A stretch of DNA of 64,000 nucleotides, from NCBI GenBank assembly GCA_030606485.1, contig JAUWGH010000007.1, positions 67,320 through 131,319 on the forward strand. Reading direction: 5' to 3'. The position numbers and the translations under genes were made by a program. The notes beneath the pieces are model-generated. The model worked only from the letters and a program-made list of their open reading frames with translations. It ran no database searches and was not told the DNA's origin. Source of the stretch: Promethearchaeota archaeon (lineage in GTDB: Archaea; Asgardarchaeota; Lokiarchaeia; Sigyniarchaeales; SOKP01). Shown piece by piece: positions 1 to 12,575 of this stretch; position 1 is the first letter of the stretch; every line of letters starts with the position of its first letter.

Positions 1-416
1 TATTCTAATGGTTCTAAAAAAAATTCACTAGCACAATGATACTTGAAGATTGTAACTTTTTCAGGAGGTTCTAATATATAAATTTCATTTTTTTCTGTAC
101 CTGGAGCATTTCCTTGTGGTATTGCTCCAGAAAATATAATTAATCCATTTTCAGGAACTTCTTTAAAATTTTTTAACTGCCCTTGCAAACTTGCAATGCT
201 ATCTAAAACATTCTTTCGAGTTAATTTTGATTTGATATTTTGACTTTCAGCAACCTCATTTTTAAGATAATTAGTAACATCAGAAAGTTTTTTATCATGA
301 GGAATATACAAACTTATTAATTCGGTATGAAATCCTTTCTTTTTACGCAAAAAATCTAATAATTTTTTTGTCTTAAATTTTTTTAAGTCTTGACTCTTTT
401 TTGATCTTTCTGACAT
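1..416 (-). CDS. prf1: Peptide chain release factor aRF1 (eRF1 homolog), N-terminal ~138 aa; gene continues beyond the left window edge
   Basis: Absent from the ORF track because it is truncated by the window edge. My translation of the minus strand from the ATG at 416-414 reads MSERSKKSQDLKKFKTKKLLDFLRKKKGFHTELISLYIPHDKK...AESQNIKSKLTRKNVLDSI...IFKYHCASEFFLEPLE. It carries the NIKS stop-codon-recognition motif and the YxCxxxF motif of eRF1/aRF1. Confidence 0.85.
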   Translation of the reverse strand, partial: MSERSKKSQDLKKFKTKKLLDFLRKKKGFHTELISLYIPHDKKLSDVTNYLKNEVAESQNIKSKLTRKNVLDSIASLQGQLKNFKEVPENGLIIFSGAIPQGNAPGTEKNEIYILEPPEKVTIFKYHCASEFFLEPLE

Positions 417-482
417 TTAATTCTCTTACCTAAAAAAATCTGTAATAAAATTAATATTTTTTTATATTTTTTTATATTTAAG

Positions 483-1274
483 ATGAACCAACCGAATGAA
501 AATATTGACCTCATCCCAGACTCACATCCGCGTGCAAAATCTCTTAGAGAAAGACACAAATTAATAATAGGAATGAAAAACTTAGTAGTTGCAGAAGCGG
601 GATTAATTGCTCATGGTAGAGGTGAAGCTTTTGATTACATTCTTGGAGAAAAAACAAATCCACCGGCGATAAAAGCAATGAATGCTGCTGTAGCTATGTT
701 AATGCTTGCTAAACATCCAATAATAAGTGTAAATGGAAATACAGCTGCCTTGGTTTCTAAAGAATTAGTTAAATTATCCAAAATACTCAATTCTAAATTA
801 GAAATAAATTTATTTTATAGAAAAGAAGGACGAGTTGAAGCAATTAAAAATATGTTAGTAAAGGCAGGTGCAGAAGAAATTTTAGGAATAAACGAAATAG
901 AAATGGTTGAGATTGAAGAATTGACCAGTAATCGTAGAAGAGTTGCCCCTAATGGAATAAAAATAGCAGATGTGGTATTTGTTCCCTTGGAAGATGGTGA
1001 TAGAACAGAAGCATTGAAGAAATTAGGAAAAAAAGTGATTGCAGTTGATCTTAATCCATTAAGTCGAACATCCATTAATGCTGATATTACCATTGTAGAT
1101 AACATAATCCGAGTAGTACCTAAAATGATTGAGATCGCCAAGAAATTAAAGGAATATACCAAAAAAAGATTAAATGAAATAATATTGAAATTTAATAATA
1201 AAAAAAATATTTGCACTATGTTAAATTTAATAAAAGAATATATAGAAACACAAAAAGAAGTCTCTTTTAGATAA
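483..1274 (+). CDS. 4-phosphopantoate--beta-alanine ligase (archaeal phosphopantothenate synthetase, COG1701/DUF137 family)
   Basis: 263-aa ORF. The blocks HGRGEAFDYILGE, SVNGNTAAL and AVDLNPLSRTS match my recollection of the archaeal PPS family. A ketopantoate reductase lies two genes downstream. Confidence 0.7.
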   Translation: MNQPNENIDLIPDSHPRAKSLRERHKLIIGMKNLVVAEAGLIAHGRGEAFDYILGEKTNPPAIKAMNAAVAMLMLAKHPIISVNGNTAALVSKELVKLSKILNSKLEINLFYRKEGRVEAIKNMLVKAGAEEILGINEIEMVEIEELTSNRRRVAPNGIKIADVVFVPLEDGDRTEALKKLGKKVIAVDLNPLSRTSINADITIVDNIIRVVPKMIEIAKKLKEYTKKRLNEIILKFNNKKNICTMLNLIKEYIETQKEVSFR

Positions 1275-1371
1275 TAGAATTATTGCCTAATATTATGTAA
1301 ATAAAAAAAAAATAATTATTTAAATTAAAAAAAAATTTTATATCTAGTAAATCTTTAAATATATTAAGAAT

Positions 1372-1920
1372 ATGGTTATTGATAATAAATTTTATTTACA
1401 CACATTATATCACGATAAAGAAGATAACTTCTTTAAAGTAGTTCCATGTCAAATAAATGATATACATGAAGTAGAAAAAATAAATAAGGAGACATTACCT
1501 GAAAACTATCCTTATTTCTTCTATAAAAGTATATTAGACTCATTTTCTGATTCCTTTTTAGTAGCTAAGTTAAAAGGAGAAACAAATAAAATTATTGGAT
1601 ATATTATGTGGCGTATCGAAAAGGGAATTTCTAATTTTGGGCTTAAGGTTGTAAGTAAAGGGCATTTAGTTTCTATAGCAGTTAACAAAAAATTTCAAAG
1701 AAGAGGAGTCGGAACGATATTATTAGCAAAAAGTTTACTTCAAGTAAAAAAATTTAATGTTCAAGAATTTGTTCTTGAAGTGAGATTATCTAACTTTAAA
1801 GCCATAAATCTTTATCAGAGTAAATTGCATTTTGAAAAACAAAAAATATTAAAAAATTATTACAAAGATGGGGAAAATGCATATTTTATGGCTCTTCAAG
1901 CAGATTTAATTGAGGAATAA
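1372..1920 (+). CDS. GNAT N-acetyltransferase (RimI / Ard1-Naa10-like protein N-terminal acetyltransferase)
   Basis: 182 aa. The acetyl-CoA-binding motif QRRGVGTILL is followed by the typical LEVRLSNxxAINLY block. Confidence 0.7.
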   Translation: MVIDNKFYLHTLYHDKEDNFFKVVPCQINDIHEVEKINKETLPENYPYFFYKSILDSFSDSFLVAKLKGETNKIIGYIMWRIEKGISNFGLKVVSKGHLVSIAVNKKFQRRGVGTILLAKSLLQVKKFNVQEFVLEVRLSNFKAINLYQSKLHFEKQKILKNYYKDGENAYFMALQADLIEE

Positions 1921-1928
1921 ATTAATAG

Positions 1929-2954
1929 CTAGTTATTAGCTTTTTCTAATCCATGAATCAAATATGATACAACTTCATTAATACTAACATCTACACCTAA
2001 TTGCTTTCCATAAGATACTATTTTTTCATTAATAAAAGAGATTTCAGTTTTATTCTTACCACTTAAAATATCCTGAAGCATAGAATTTTTATTCATTGAT
2101 GTTTTTTTAGCAACCTCTAACATAATTTTAACATAATTTTTTGCCTTAAGCTCAATCCCCTTTTTCTTAGCGACTTTCACTGCTTCTATAACGGCTCGTT
2201 TCATAATATCCCTTAACCCTTTAATTTTAAGCAATTCTCCATTTCTTAAACCAGTTAAAGCTCCAAATGAATTAATTCCAACATTGATAAAAATCTTTTC
2301 CCAACAGACACTTTCTATATTATCAACAATTTCTGTTTCTAAATTAGCTAAATTTAGAATTGTTTTCAAGGTTTCAAGATTTTTCTTGTCTTCTTTATTT
2401 ATTTTAACCGTTTCTTTTTCTGAATTCTCTGTTTTTATGAAGCCAATTTTGGTAATACCTTCCCCCGTACGAATTATATAACCATCTCTTTCCATTAATG
2501 CACCATTACTTGTGACTGCCCTCAAAATTTTAAAATGTGAGATTTTTTTTTTAACTATTTCGACGTTTCCTATCCCATTTTGAAGTATTATAAAATATTT
2601 GGAATTTTTTATAAGCTCACAATATTCATCTATTGCAGATTCAAGATCATAAGTTTTAGTTGTTAAAAAGAGATACTGAAATGGAAATTTATCATTAATA
2701 TTTGGACGATTTGGATATTTTGGTTCAGTAAAAACATTTAGGTTTAATAGGTTCTCTTTTTTACCGTTTTGTTCAAGTATTAAACCATTATCTCTAATTG
2801 CTTTTTTATGTCTTTCTCGAGTGTATAAAGTTACATTTATTGTGATATTATTATATTTTACCTTGGAAATATTCCCTCCAAAAAGACATCCAATTGCTCC
2901 AGCTCCAATAATTCCAATATTAATAACATCTATCATAAAAAACAGTCTTACCAA
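1929..2954 (-). CDS. panE: 2-dehydropantoate 2-reductase (ketopantoate reductase, ApbA/PanE family)
   Basis: 341 aa. N-terminal Rossmann motif IGIIGAGAIGCLFGG; C-terminal NSMLQDILSGKNKTEISFINEKIV block characteristic of PanE/ApbA. Confidence 0.8.
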   Translation of the reverse strand: MVRLFFMIDVINIGIIGAGAIGCLFGGNISKVKYNNITINVTLYTRERHKKAIRDNGLILEQNGKKENLLNLNVFTEPKYPNRPNINDKFPFQYLFLTTKTYDLESAIDEYCELIKNSKYFIILQNGIGNVEIVKKKISHFKILRAVTSNGALMERDGYIIRTGEGITKIGFIKTENSEKETVKINKEDKKNLETLKTILNLANLETEIVDNIESVCWEKIFINVGINSFGALTGLRNGELLKIKGLRDIMKRAVIEAVKVAKKKGIELKAKNYVKIMLEVAKKTSMNKNSMLQDILSGKNKTEISFINEKIVSYGKQLGVDVSINEVVSYLIHGLEKANN

Positions 2955-2964
2955 CTTTAATAAT

Positions 2965-3831
2965 TTATTTTTTAAAAAATTTGTTTAAGTCTGTTTGATT
3001 TTTAGGAATAGCTCCAGATTTTTTTTTAATTTTAGTCAGTTTAATACTCCTAGGAGGATTTCTGGGATTAATTTTCAGCTCTTTCATAAGAACTAATGAG
3101 TTTTTAGCTGCATATCCTGAAAAATGGTTATTAAAATAAATACCAATTTTTTTAACTTTTCCATCTAATTTCTTAATTTCTTTAGCCCATTTTTCAATCT
3201 CTGCATTCGAAAAATTATAATTAAACCATGGTTTGGCCCCATATCCATGAAATCTAATATAAGACAAATTTGGATTCGTTATGTCCATTCTAGGAGGTAA
3301 AAGTGGTTCTATCACTCCACAATATGTTATTTGATTTTCTTTTAAAAATGAAAAAATTTCATCATCCATCCAAGATATATGTCTAAATTCGATTACTCGT
3401 TCATATTTTTCTGAACGATCCCAATACTCAATAAAATCTTTTAAATCTTTAAAATTATCATTTTTATTAAATGAAGGAGGCAATTGTAATAAAAGCGCCA
3501 AAAGTTTATTTGATTCAATTAAAGGTTCCATTACGTCTAAAAATTTTTTTAATATAGATGAACATTTATCTAAATTTAACTTAAATTGATGAGTGATGTC
3601 TTGGGGTATTTTTGCAGAAAAAATAAAATCTTTGGGTGTATTTTCAACCCATTTCTTGATTGTTTTTTGAAGGGGGATTTGATAAAATGTAGTATTAATT
3701 TCAGTTGTAAAATAAATTTCAGAATAATATAATAAATACTCATTTGGTTCTATTACACGAGGATAAAAAACCCCTTTCCATTCTGGGTAACCCCATCCTG
3801 AAGTTCCAACATATATTTTGTCCATAATCAT
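2965..3831 (-). CDS. DUF72 (YecE/UPF0759) family protein
   Basis: 288 aa. The N-terminal YVGTSGWGYPEWKGVFYP and later YIRFHG blocks are DUF72 signatures. Confidence 0.8.
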   Translation of the reverse strand: MIMDKIYVGTSGWGYPEWKGVFYPRVIEPNEYLLYYSEIYFTTEINTTFYQIPLQKTIKKWVENTPKDFIFSAKIPQDITHQFKLNLDKCSSILKKFLDVMEPLIESNKLLALLLQLPPSFNKNDNFKDLKDFIEYWDRSEKYERVIEFRHISWMDDEIFSFLKENQITYCGVIEPLLPPRMDITNPNLSYIRFHGYGAKPWFNYNFSNAEIEKWAKEIKKLDGKVKKIGIYFNNHFSGYAAKNSLVLMKELKINPRNPPRSIKLTKIKKKSGAIPKNQTDLNKFFKK

Positions 3832-4186
3832 TAAAACCTAAAAACTATTTATTTTATTTTTAATAATATTAAAAACATAAAATTTATAATTTCAATGATC
3901 TTTTAATACTATGTTGGTATTAAATTTGTAAGTTATTGGGAGCAAATTATTTCATCCTCGCCCCAAAACAGGATGCAATATCCTAATAACTAGCACAAAC
4001 ATTATGGAAGAAAATCAAAAATTTTGGGGCATTTGATTTTTCGGGAAATGATGTTTAAGCTAGGCACAAGAAATTTAAAATTTTTATAATTACATAATAA
4101 TTAACTTGGAAACACAATCCAGAATTTCAATAATTTCAAATTTCATTACATTTAAGCTTTCCATGTATCTCTTGATCTTGTGCTCA

Positions 4187-4285
4187 TAGGAATATATTTT
4201 TCCAAACAGGTAAACGTCTTAGGTATTTAAATATCTAAAAAATTAAAACAAACAAACTAATTCTAAATATAAGCACTCTAAATCT
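4187..4285 (+). other. 5' strand of the pre-23S rRNA processing stem, including the 5' half of a bulge-helix-bulge (BHB) motif
   Basis: 4187-4220 (TAGGAATATATTTTTCCAAACAGGTAAACGTCTT) is complementary to 7532-7564, allowing G-U pairs and 1-2 nt bulges. 4263-4270, 4271-4274 and 4278-4285 pair with 7509-7516, 7502-7505 and 7494-7501 respectively, leaving a 3-nt bulge ACT at 4275-4277. Confidence 0.8.
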
Positions 4286-4304
4286 TCCTCTGAGTAGTAT
4301 CCAA

Positions 4305-7478
<3,174 letters not shown>

Positions 7479-7493
7479 TGAAAAGTGGATTAT

Positions 7494-7564
7494 AGATTTA
7501 GGCTTAGAATATTTAGGATTGGAAATGGTTTAAAGACGTTTCTGTTGGGAGAATATATTCCTAA
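7494..7564 (+). other. 3' strand of the pre-23S rRNA processing stem, including the 3' half of the BHB motif
   Basis: Complement of 4187-4285 as described for the 5' strand. The 3-nt bulge AGA at 7506-7508 lies opposite to, and 4 bp away from, the 5' bulge. Confidence 0.8.
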
Positions 7565-7565
7565 A

Positions 7566-7590
7566 TTTTTTTTTTATTTCTATTTTTTTA
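7566..7590 (+). terminator. Oligo-T tract immediately after the rRNA processing stem (candidate archaeal terminator)
   Basis: A run of ten T (7566-7575) and a second T-rich run lie directly 3' of the stem. Archaeal RNAP terminates at oligo-T tracts. Confidence 0.35.
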
Positions 7591-7788
7591 ATTCAATTAT
7601 TATCAATTTTCCGAGAAATTTAATTAAAATCCTAAAATAAATTTTCTAAATAATAAATTTCAGGAAAACGTCAAAAATTTTTAAGTAATATCATAAATAC
7701 AAACCGACAAAATACTTTTACACTAATCTTTTGGGGACTTTTTAATAATATAATAATAAAAATAAGAAATAAATGAGGATTTTATTTT

Positions 7789-8553
7789 ATGACGGATATT
7801 CACAATAAAAGTTTTTTTGGTCAAAAAGTTGGAATGATATTATCTAGTAGATCAAAAACAGATCCATTTATATTTCTTAAGTTTCTGAAGAAAAAGGCTA
7901 ATAATGAATGGGAAAAACCATCAAGGGGAGAAGGAAAGACAATAAAAATCTCAATCGAAGAAATGATTACAATTCTAAGCGTACTTTATAGGAAACTTCC
8001 TAAATGGAGTGGTTTTCATTCATTTAAAGAAGAGAAAACTTCAATAAACCTGAATTGGGATGAAAAGAATGAATTATTATGGATTAGAGTTGATGAATAT
8101 GCAAAAAGTTTAAAATTTCCACAAACCGAATTTTTAAAGTTATTAATTGAACATTTAATAAAAGAAAAAATTTCATTTGCAACTTCTGGAAATACAACTT
8201 TTAACAAAAAAGAATCATCAGCTAAGAATTCTGAAAATTATCTTGAATCTTTTGAAAGCGAATCTTTTTTTGAAAATATTAATAATTTTAGTAATATCAA
8301 AGACAAGAAGGATATTATCGAACGATACACAAATAATGTTCAAAATAATAAAATAAAAAATAATTCTAAACAAATAATAAAAGCAAGAATTAAAAAATTG
8401 ACAGATAAAGCAGTCCTTCTTATATTTGGGAATGGTTCTGAAGTTTGGTTTCCTAAAAGTACAATTCACTGTGAGTTCGATCCCAAACAAAATTCATATC
8501 AACAGGAGTTCCTTCTAGATAGTTGGATTCTTGAAAAAAATCATATTTTATAA
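7789..8553 (+). CDS. Hypothetical protein (two conserved-looking domains joined by an N/S/K-rich linker)
   Basis: 254-aa ORF with no family I can name. The C-terminal segment IKARIKKLTDKAVLLIFGNGSEVWFPKSTIHCEF resembles small SH3-like or DNA-binding modules, but this is only an impression. Confidence 0.5.
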   Translation: MTDIHNKSFFGQKVGMILSSRSKTDPFIFLKFLKKKANNEWEKPSRGEGKTIKISIEEMITILSVLYRKLPKWSGFHSFKEEKTSINLNWDEKNELLWIRVDEYAKSLKFPQTEFLKLLIEHLIKEKISFATSGNTTFNKKESSAKNSENYLESFESESFFENINNFSNIKDKKDIIERYTNNVQNNKIKNNSKQIIKARIKKLTDKAVLLIFGNGSEVWFPKSTIHCEFDPKQNSYQQEFLLDSWILEKNHIL

Positions 8554-8599
8554 TACGTAAATCAAAATCTTTTTTTTTAAAATTAGCAATACTTTATTT

Positions 8600-9394
8600 A
8601 TGAAGAAATTAGTTTGTCTCAAACCTTCTCAAAGTAAAAGATTAATTGCGATATTAATAGCACGCCTTCCAATGATTCAAGAAAAAATGCAAAAGGGAAA
8701 TATTTTTATAACAAGAGGAACAACTCAAGGATACATTCTAGAGGAGTTAATAAAAATTTCAAAAAGTGAATATTCATTTAAAAAACCTAACTTTGTTGCA
8801 GGACAAATAATTCCAGCTCAAGATCATAATGGCATTGGATCACTTACTGTAAATACGATATCATGGCCAGAAATTTATTTTAAAGATGGGGAAATCAAAG
8901 AAGTTATAGATCGTGTAAAATGTGTTCAACGATTCAAAAAAGGAGATATTATCATCAAAGGTGGTAATGCATTAGATTATAATGGACAAGTTGGTGTGTT
9001 TTTAGGAAGTAAAACTGGAGGAACAATTGGAAGCCTATTAGGATCAATAAAAGCACTCGGACTCAAACTTTTAATTCCAATAACACTTGAAAAATTAATA
9101 GATGGTGATGTTGTTGAATTATCTGAAATTATGGGTATATGCGAGATTGATGATCCAGGAAAAAACAGTCTAAAAATTGGTATGATGCCAATATCTGGCA
9201 CAATAATGAATGAAGTCACTATTTTAGAGTCAATTTTTGATATTAATGTTTATCATATAGGGAGTGGCGGAGTAGGAGGAATGGAAGGCGCAATCACTTT
9301 ATTAATTGAAGGAAGTGAAAGTATAATAGAAGAAATTTCAAATCTTTTAGAAAAATTAGAGAATGAGCCAGATTTTAAACCAAATCGACCTTAA
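8600..9394 (+). CDS. Hypothetical protein
   Basis: 264-aa ORF with globular, non-repetitive composition and Gly-rich loops (GSKTGGTIGSLLGS, GSGGVGGMEGA). Family not recognised. Confidence 0.5.
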   Translation: MKKLVCLKPSQSKRLIAILIARLPMIQEKMQKGNIFITRGTTQGYILEELIKISKSEYSFKKPNFVAGQIIPAQDHNGIGSLTVNTISWPEIYFKDGEIKEVIDRVKCVQRFKKGDIIIKGGNALDYNGQVGVFLGSKTGGTIGSLLGSIKALGLKLLIPITLEKLIDGDVVELSEIMGICEIDDPGKNSLKIGMMPISGTIMNEVTILESIFDINVYHIGSGGVGGMEGAITLLIEGSESIIEEISNLLEKLENEPDFKPNRP

Positions 9395-9485
9395 ATAAAG
9401 GAAATATTTATTTCTTATTTTTTTAAAGTATGTTTCAACAACCATCTATTAAAAAAAAAAGGAGTTTATAATTGTAACTGTAGAT

Positions 9486-9992
9486 TTGATAATAATTTTG
9501 ACAATATCGGATAATTCAAATTGGGTTGAGGCTGTTTTTTTTAATCAAAAAGTAAACGTTAGAAGTATTATTAGAAATGAAGAAATAAAGTATATGAAAT
9601 TTTTTATGTCTAAAACTAATATATGTTGCGAAAATATAATTCATTATAAAAATTACATCTTTTTTTTTGTTAAGCCTTCTCTTTTTCAGAAAGCAAATAA
9701 ATATTTAGCACAATTAAGATATGCCCTGATCGGAAAAAAGATTCTTATTATTAAACAAAAGAGACGAATTATTGATTTAATTTATACTTTCTTTCCAAAT
9801 GTAAATATTCGAAAACTAGAATTATTAATAAAAAACAATACTGGAGATTTAGAATTGCTCATATTTATCCCCCACTTTAAAGAGAGAGGTATTGCTGTCG
9901 GCAAAGCAGGAAATTATATAAAAATTGTTAATGAGATATTTGAAGAATTTATATACCCGGTTAAAATCTCTTGTTTATATTTAAGGGACTAG
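9486..9992 (+). CDS. NusA-like KH-domain protein (divergent paralog; first KH GxxG degenerate)
   Basis: The layout resembles archaeal NusA. It has EEIKYMKFFMSKTN (compare EEIRYIxLFESLTG), then a KH-like unit without GxxG, then ...LIFIPHFKERGIAVGKAGNYIKIVNEIF with an intact GxxG-type KH motif. The TTG start in the track is uncertain. Confidence 0.45.
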   Translation: MIIILTISDNSNWVEAVFFNQKVNVRSIIRNEEIKYMKFFMSKTNICCENIIHYKNYIFFFVKPSLFQKANKYLAQLRYALIGKKILIIKQKRRIIDLIYTFFPNVNIRKLELLIKNNTGDLELLIFIPHFKERGIAVGKAGNYIKIVNEIFEEFIYPVKISCLYLRD

Positions 9993-10011
9993 AAATTTTT
10001 TTACAAAGCGC

Positions 10012-10800
10012 TTACCAAGGAACATTTTTTAAACCAATTAAATAAGCTATTGTATTGGCTAATATAGCTACAGATGGAGTTAAGATAAATAAAAAACTTA
10101 TTATTAAAATATCTAACGGCAAAAAAATTTCTGGCAAAATAAACGAAGGAATAGATGCCATAATCATAGCAAACATCGCGAAGTCAAGTTGGTCTATAAT
10201 CCACAATGGATTTCCTCTACTGACATTTAATCGTCTTTTAATAAAAGAACCGATTAAATCTCCAAAAGCTGCACCGTAAGCACACAAAAAAATTCTTATA
10301 ATTATTGTTAAATAACCAAAAATTAAATTATCATCAGGTCTGCCACCAATAAAATAATATCTAAAATAAATCATACTATTATAATATTTATATACACCAT
10401 TCATAATTCCTTCAGAAGGAATTGGCTCAATAACGCCCCATAAAAAAATAAAAAGAAGAGAAATTGCTGCAGAAATTGGAATTCCTATTAATAATGGACC
10501 TCTAATTAATCCCTTCCAAGTTTTTCCAGGTCCAAAAATTCGTCTTCCATCAATAAAATTTTTTCCTCCATCAACTGGCTTTCCTCCGCCTATTAAAACC
10601 ATACCTGCATTTGCTAAATAAGCGGGAACTATAAATAATAATGAAAAAATTAATAATGCAACCCAATCAGTCCATGAAAAAATTAATGAAATTATTAAAA
10701 AATCGATAAAAATTAAAAAAATGCACACTAAGGCAAGTATAAATGCGATTTTCTTGTTTATATTTTCCTTCTCATTTAGTTCATTTCTTATATTTCGCAT
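10012..10800 (-). CDS. carS: CDP-archaeol synthase (CDP-2,3-bis-O-geranylgeranyl-sn-glycerol synthase)
   Basis: Polytopic membrane protein. The blocks GGGKPVDGGKNFIDGRRIFGPGKTWKGLIRG and FGDLIGSFIKRRL, plus the C-terminal LKNVPW, match the CarS (DUF46) family. At 262 aa it is longer than the usual ~180 aa, with an N-terminal extension and an internal insertion. Confidence 0.85.
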   Translation of the reverse strand: MRNIRNELNEKENINKKIAFILALVCIFLIFIDFLIISLIFSWTDWVALLIFSLLFIVPAYLANAGMVLIGGGKPVDGGKNFIDGRRIFGPGKTWKGLIRGPLLIGIPISAAISLLFIFLWGVIEPIPSEGIMNGVYKYYNSMIYFRYYFIGGRPDDNLIFGYLTIIIRIFLCAYGAAFGDLIGSFIKRRLNVSRGNPLWIIDQLDFAMFAMIMASIPSFILPEIFLPLDILIISFLFILTPSVAILANTIAYLIGLKNVPW

Positions 10801-11180
10801 AAAATTACTTCTATGAGATGATTGATTAACTTTAATTTAATATTAATAAATGTTTTAATTAACATAAATTAATAAATTGTCTATATTAAAAAATATCAAA
10901 TAATTTTCGATTTAATATTTTTTTTATTAATTACACAATCGTTGTTTAATAATATCTCTTTATAACTAATTGCCGACAAAAATATAATTATTGTTTATTG
11001 ATAATTCTTACTTATAAAATATTTCCTTTGGAGTAAAAAACAAAAATAAAAATTTATTAAGATTTTTCGATTTTGGAAAATAATAATTAATTAATAAAAA
11101 ATATTAAAAACCTAATAAAAGATATTAATGAGTTCTTAATTTTCTTTTGATTAATAGGAAGATTTAAATATTCTCTCCAG
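10801..11180. other. Putative replication origin region (AT-rich intergenic spacer directly upstream of cdc6)
   Basis: A 380-bp non-coding, extremely AT-rich spacer lies between carS and cdc6. It has short repeated elements: TTTTCGATTT at 10904-10913 and 11064-11073, and dyad-like TTCCTTTGGAG at 11022-11032 next to TTTTGGAAAA at 11071-11080. No canonical ORB consensus could be confirmed by eye. Confidence 0.3.
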
Positions 11181-12575
11181 ATGAAATTTTTTATTGAGGT
11201 TAATTTCAACTGGAAAACAATCTTAGAATTTATATTAGCTAGGGAAAAAGTTTTGAAAGAAAATAATGAATTGAATTATAAATTTGATATTTCACAATTT
11301 TATACAGATTTTTTGAAAAGTCCTAAAATATTTAAAAATAGGGATGCGTTAAATCCAACTTACATTCCAAATAACCTACCTCATCGTGATATACAGATAA
11401 AAAAAATTGCTGAAATTACAGCTTGCCTGTTAAAAGATGGAGTTCCTTTTAATCTTTTAAGTTATGGAAAGACAGGAACAGGAAAAACTTCAGTCATAAG
11501 GTTTGTTAGCAGGAAACTTGATGAAAAATGTAACGAAATTCAAAGAAATAGACCTTGGTGGATTTATAACAATTGTCAGCAAGTTAATACTCCGTATAGA
11601 ATTTTAGCAAATATTTTTAATACTCTTTCCATAGAGGAAAAAATCCCGCCAACAGGTTTGCCAAAAGATATAATTTTTCAAAAGCTTTTAAATTTGTTAG
11701 ATGATGTTGTTGGCAACTCTGTATGTTTTATAGTTTTGGATGAGATCGATATTTTGATTAAAAAAAAAGGTGGAAATGAAATATTATATGATTTAACTAG
11801 ATTAAATGAGAAATATCAATTAAAAAAATGTAGGGTTTGTTTAATTGGAATATCAAATATCTTAAAATTTAAAAGTTTTCTTGATCCTCGAGTTTTGAGT
11901 AGTTTTGGTGGAGAAGAATTAGTTTTTCCCGCTTATAATGCTGAGGAATTGACAGATATTTTACAAGAAAGAGCTGAAATTGCTTTTTTTAAAAACGTGA
12001 TATTGGAAGAGACAATTCCATTATGTGCAGCGCTTGCGGCAAAAGAACATGGAGATGCTAGAAAAGCTCTACAATTACTTAGAAAAGCAGGTGAATTAGC
12101 AGAAAGAAGTCATAATAAAAAGGTGTCATCAAAATTTGTTTATAAAGCTCAAAAATCTTTAGAACAAGATAATACGGAACAATTCATAGAGAGCTTACCA
12201 AAGCAAATTCAATTAGTTTTATGTTCTATTTTTCTAATTACAAAACATCTTCCTAACTTAAAAATAATTACTGGTGATATTTATGATGTTTATCTTGAAA
12301 TTTATGATAAAATTCCTGGTGTTAAGAAATTAACACGAAGGAGAGTAAGTGATTTAATAAATGAGCTGGCATTAGCAGGTATCATAAAAGCTGAAGTAGT
12401 ATCGATGGGTTACTATGGTCGTTCAAAAATCGTAAAATTAGATATGCCATTAGATCAATTATTTAAAATTTTAGAAAAAATTGAAAATATAAAACACATC
12501 CTTAATTATAAACCCATTATTGCACAAAAAGGAAAAGCAAAATTAAATAAAAATACTTTTAAAAAATTATTTTAA
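11181..12575 (+). CDS. cdc6: Cdc6/Orc1 replication initiator (AAA+ with C-terminal winged helix)
   Basis: 464 aa. Contains YIPNNLPHRDIQIKKI (the archaeal Orc1 N-terminal motif), Walker A GKTGTGKTS, Walker B FIVLDEID, sensor region HGDARKALQLLRKAGE and a C-terminal wH. It has ~45 extra N-terminal residues. Confidence 0.9.
   Translation: MKFFIEVNFNWKTILEFILAREKVLKENNELNYKFDISQFYTDFLKSPKIFKNRDALNPTYIPNNLPHRDIQIKKIAEITACLLKDGVPFNLLSYGKTGTGKTSVIRFVSRKLDEKCNEIQRNRPWWIYNNCQQVNTPYRILANIFNTLSIEEKIPPTGLPKDIIFQKLLNLLDDVVGNSVCFIVLDEIDILIKKKGGNEILYDLTRLNEKYQLKKCRVCLIGISNILKFKSFLDPRVLSSFGGEELVFPAYNAEELTDILQERAEIAFFKNVILEETIPLCAALAAKEHGDARKALQLLRKAGELAERSHNKKVSSKFVYKAQKSLEQDNTEQFIESLPKQIQLVLCSIFLITKHLPNLKIITGDIYDVYLEIYDKIPGVKKLTRRRVSDLINELALAGIIKAEVVSMGYYGRSKIVKLDMPLDQLFKILEKIENIKHILNYKPIIAQKGKAKLNKNTFKKLF

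Noticed and set aside
815-1216. Antisense ORFs inside well-supported genes (815-1216, 2284-2481, 8016-8490, 8977-9219, 10055-10279, 13735-14174, 14593-14793, 15548-15880, 16052-16258, 21899-22237, 22407-22878, 23323-23994, 25418-25702, 29136-29627, 30857-31186, 48343-48967, 50530-50796, 52655-52867, 53313-53543 and similar)
   Set aside because: Each overlaps, on the opposite strand or in another frame, a gene with clear family motifs. The translations are low-complexity (I/F/L/S-rich) and have no recognisable motifs.
4036-4050. C-box-like AAUGAUGU in the 23S leader, and GAUGAUCUGA at ~44672; considered as C/D box sRNAs
   Set aside because: No matching D box (CUGA) or C'/D' pair at the right spacing, and no terminal stem. 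All other RUGAUGA matches lie inside coding genes.
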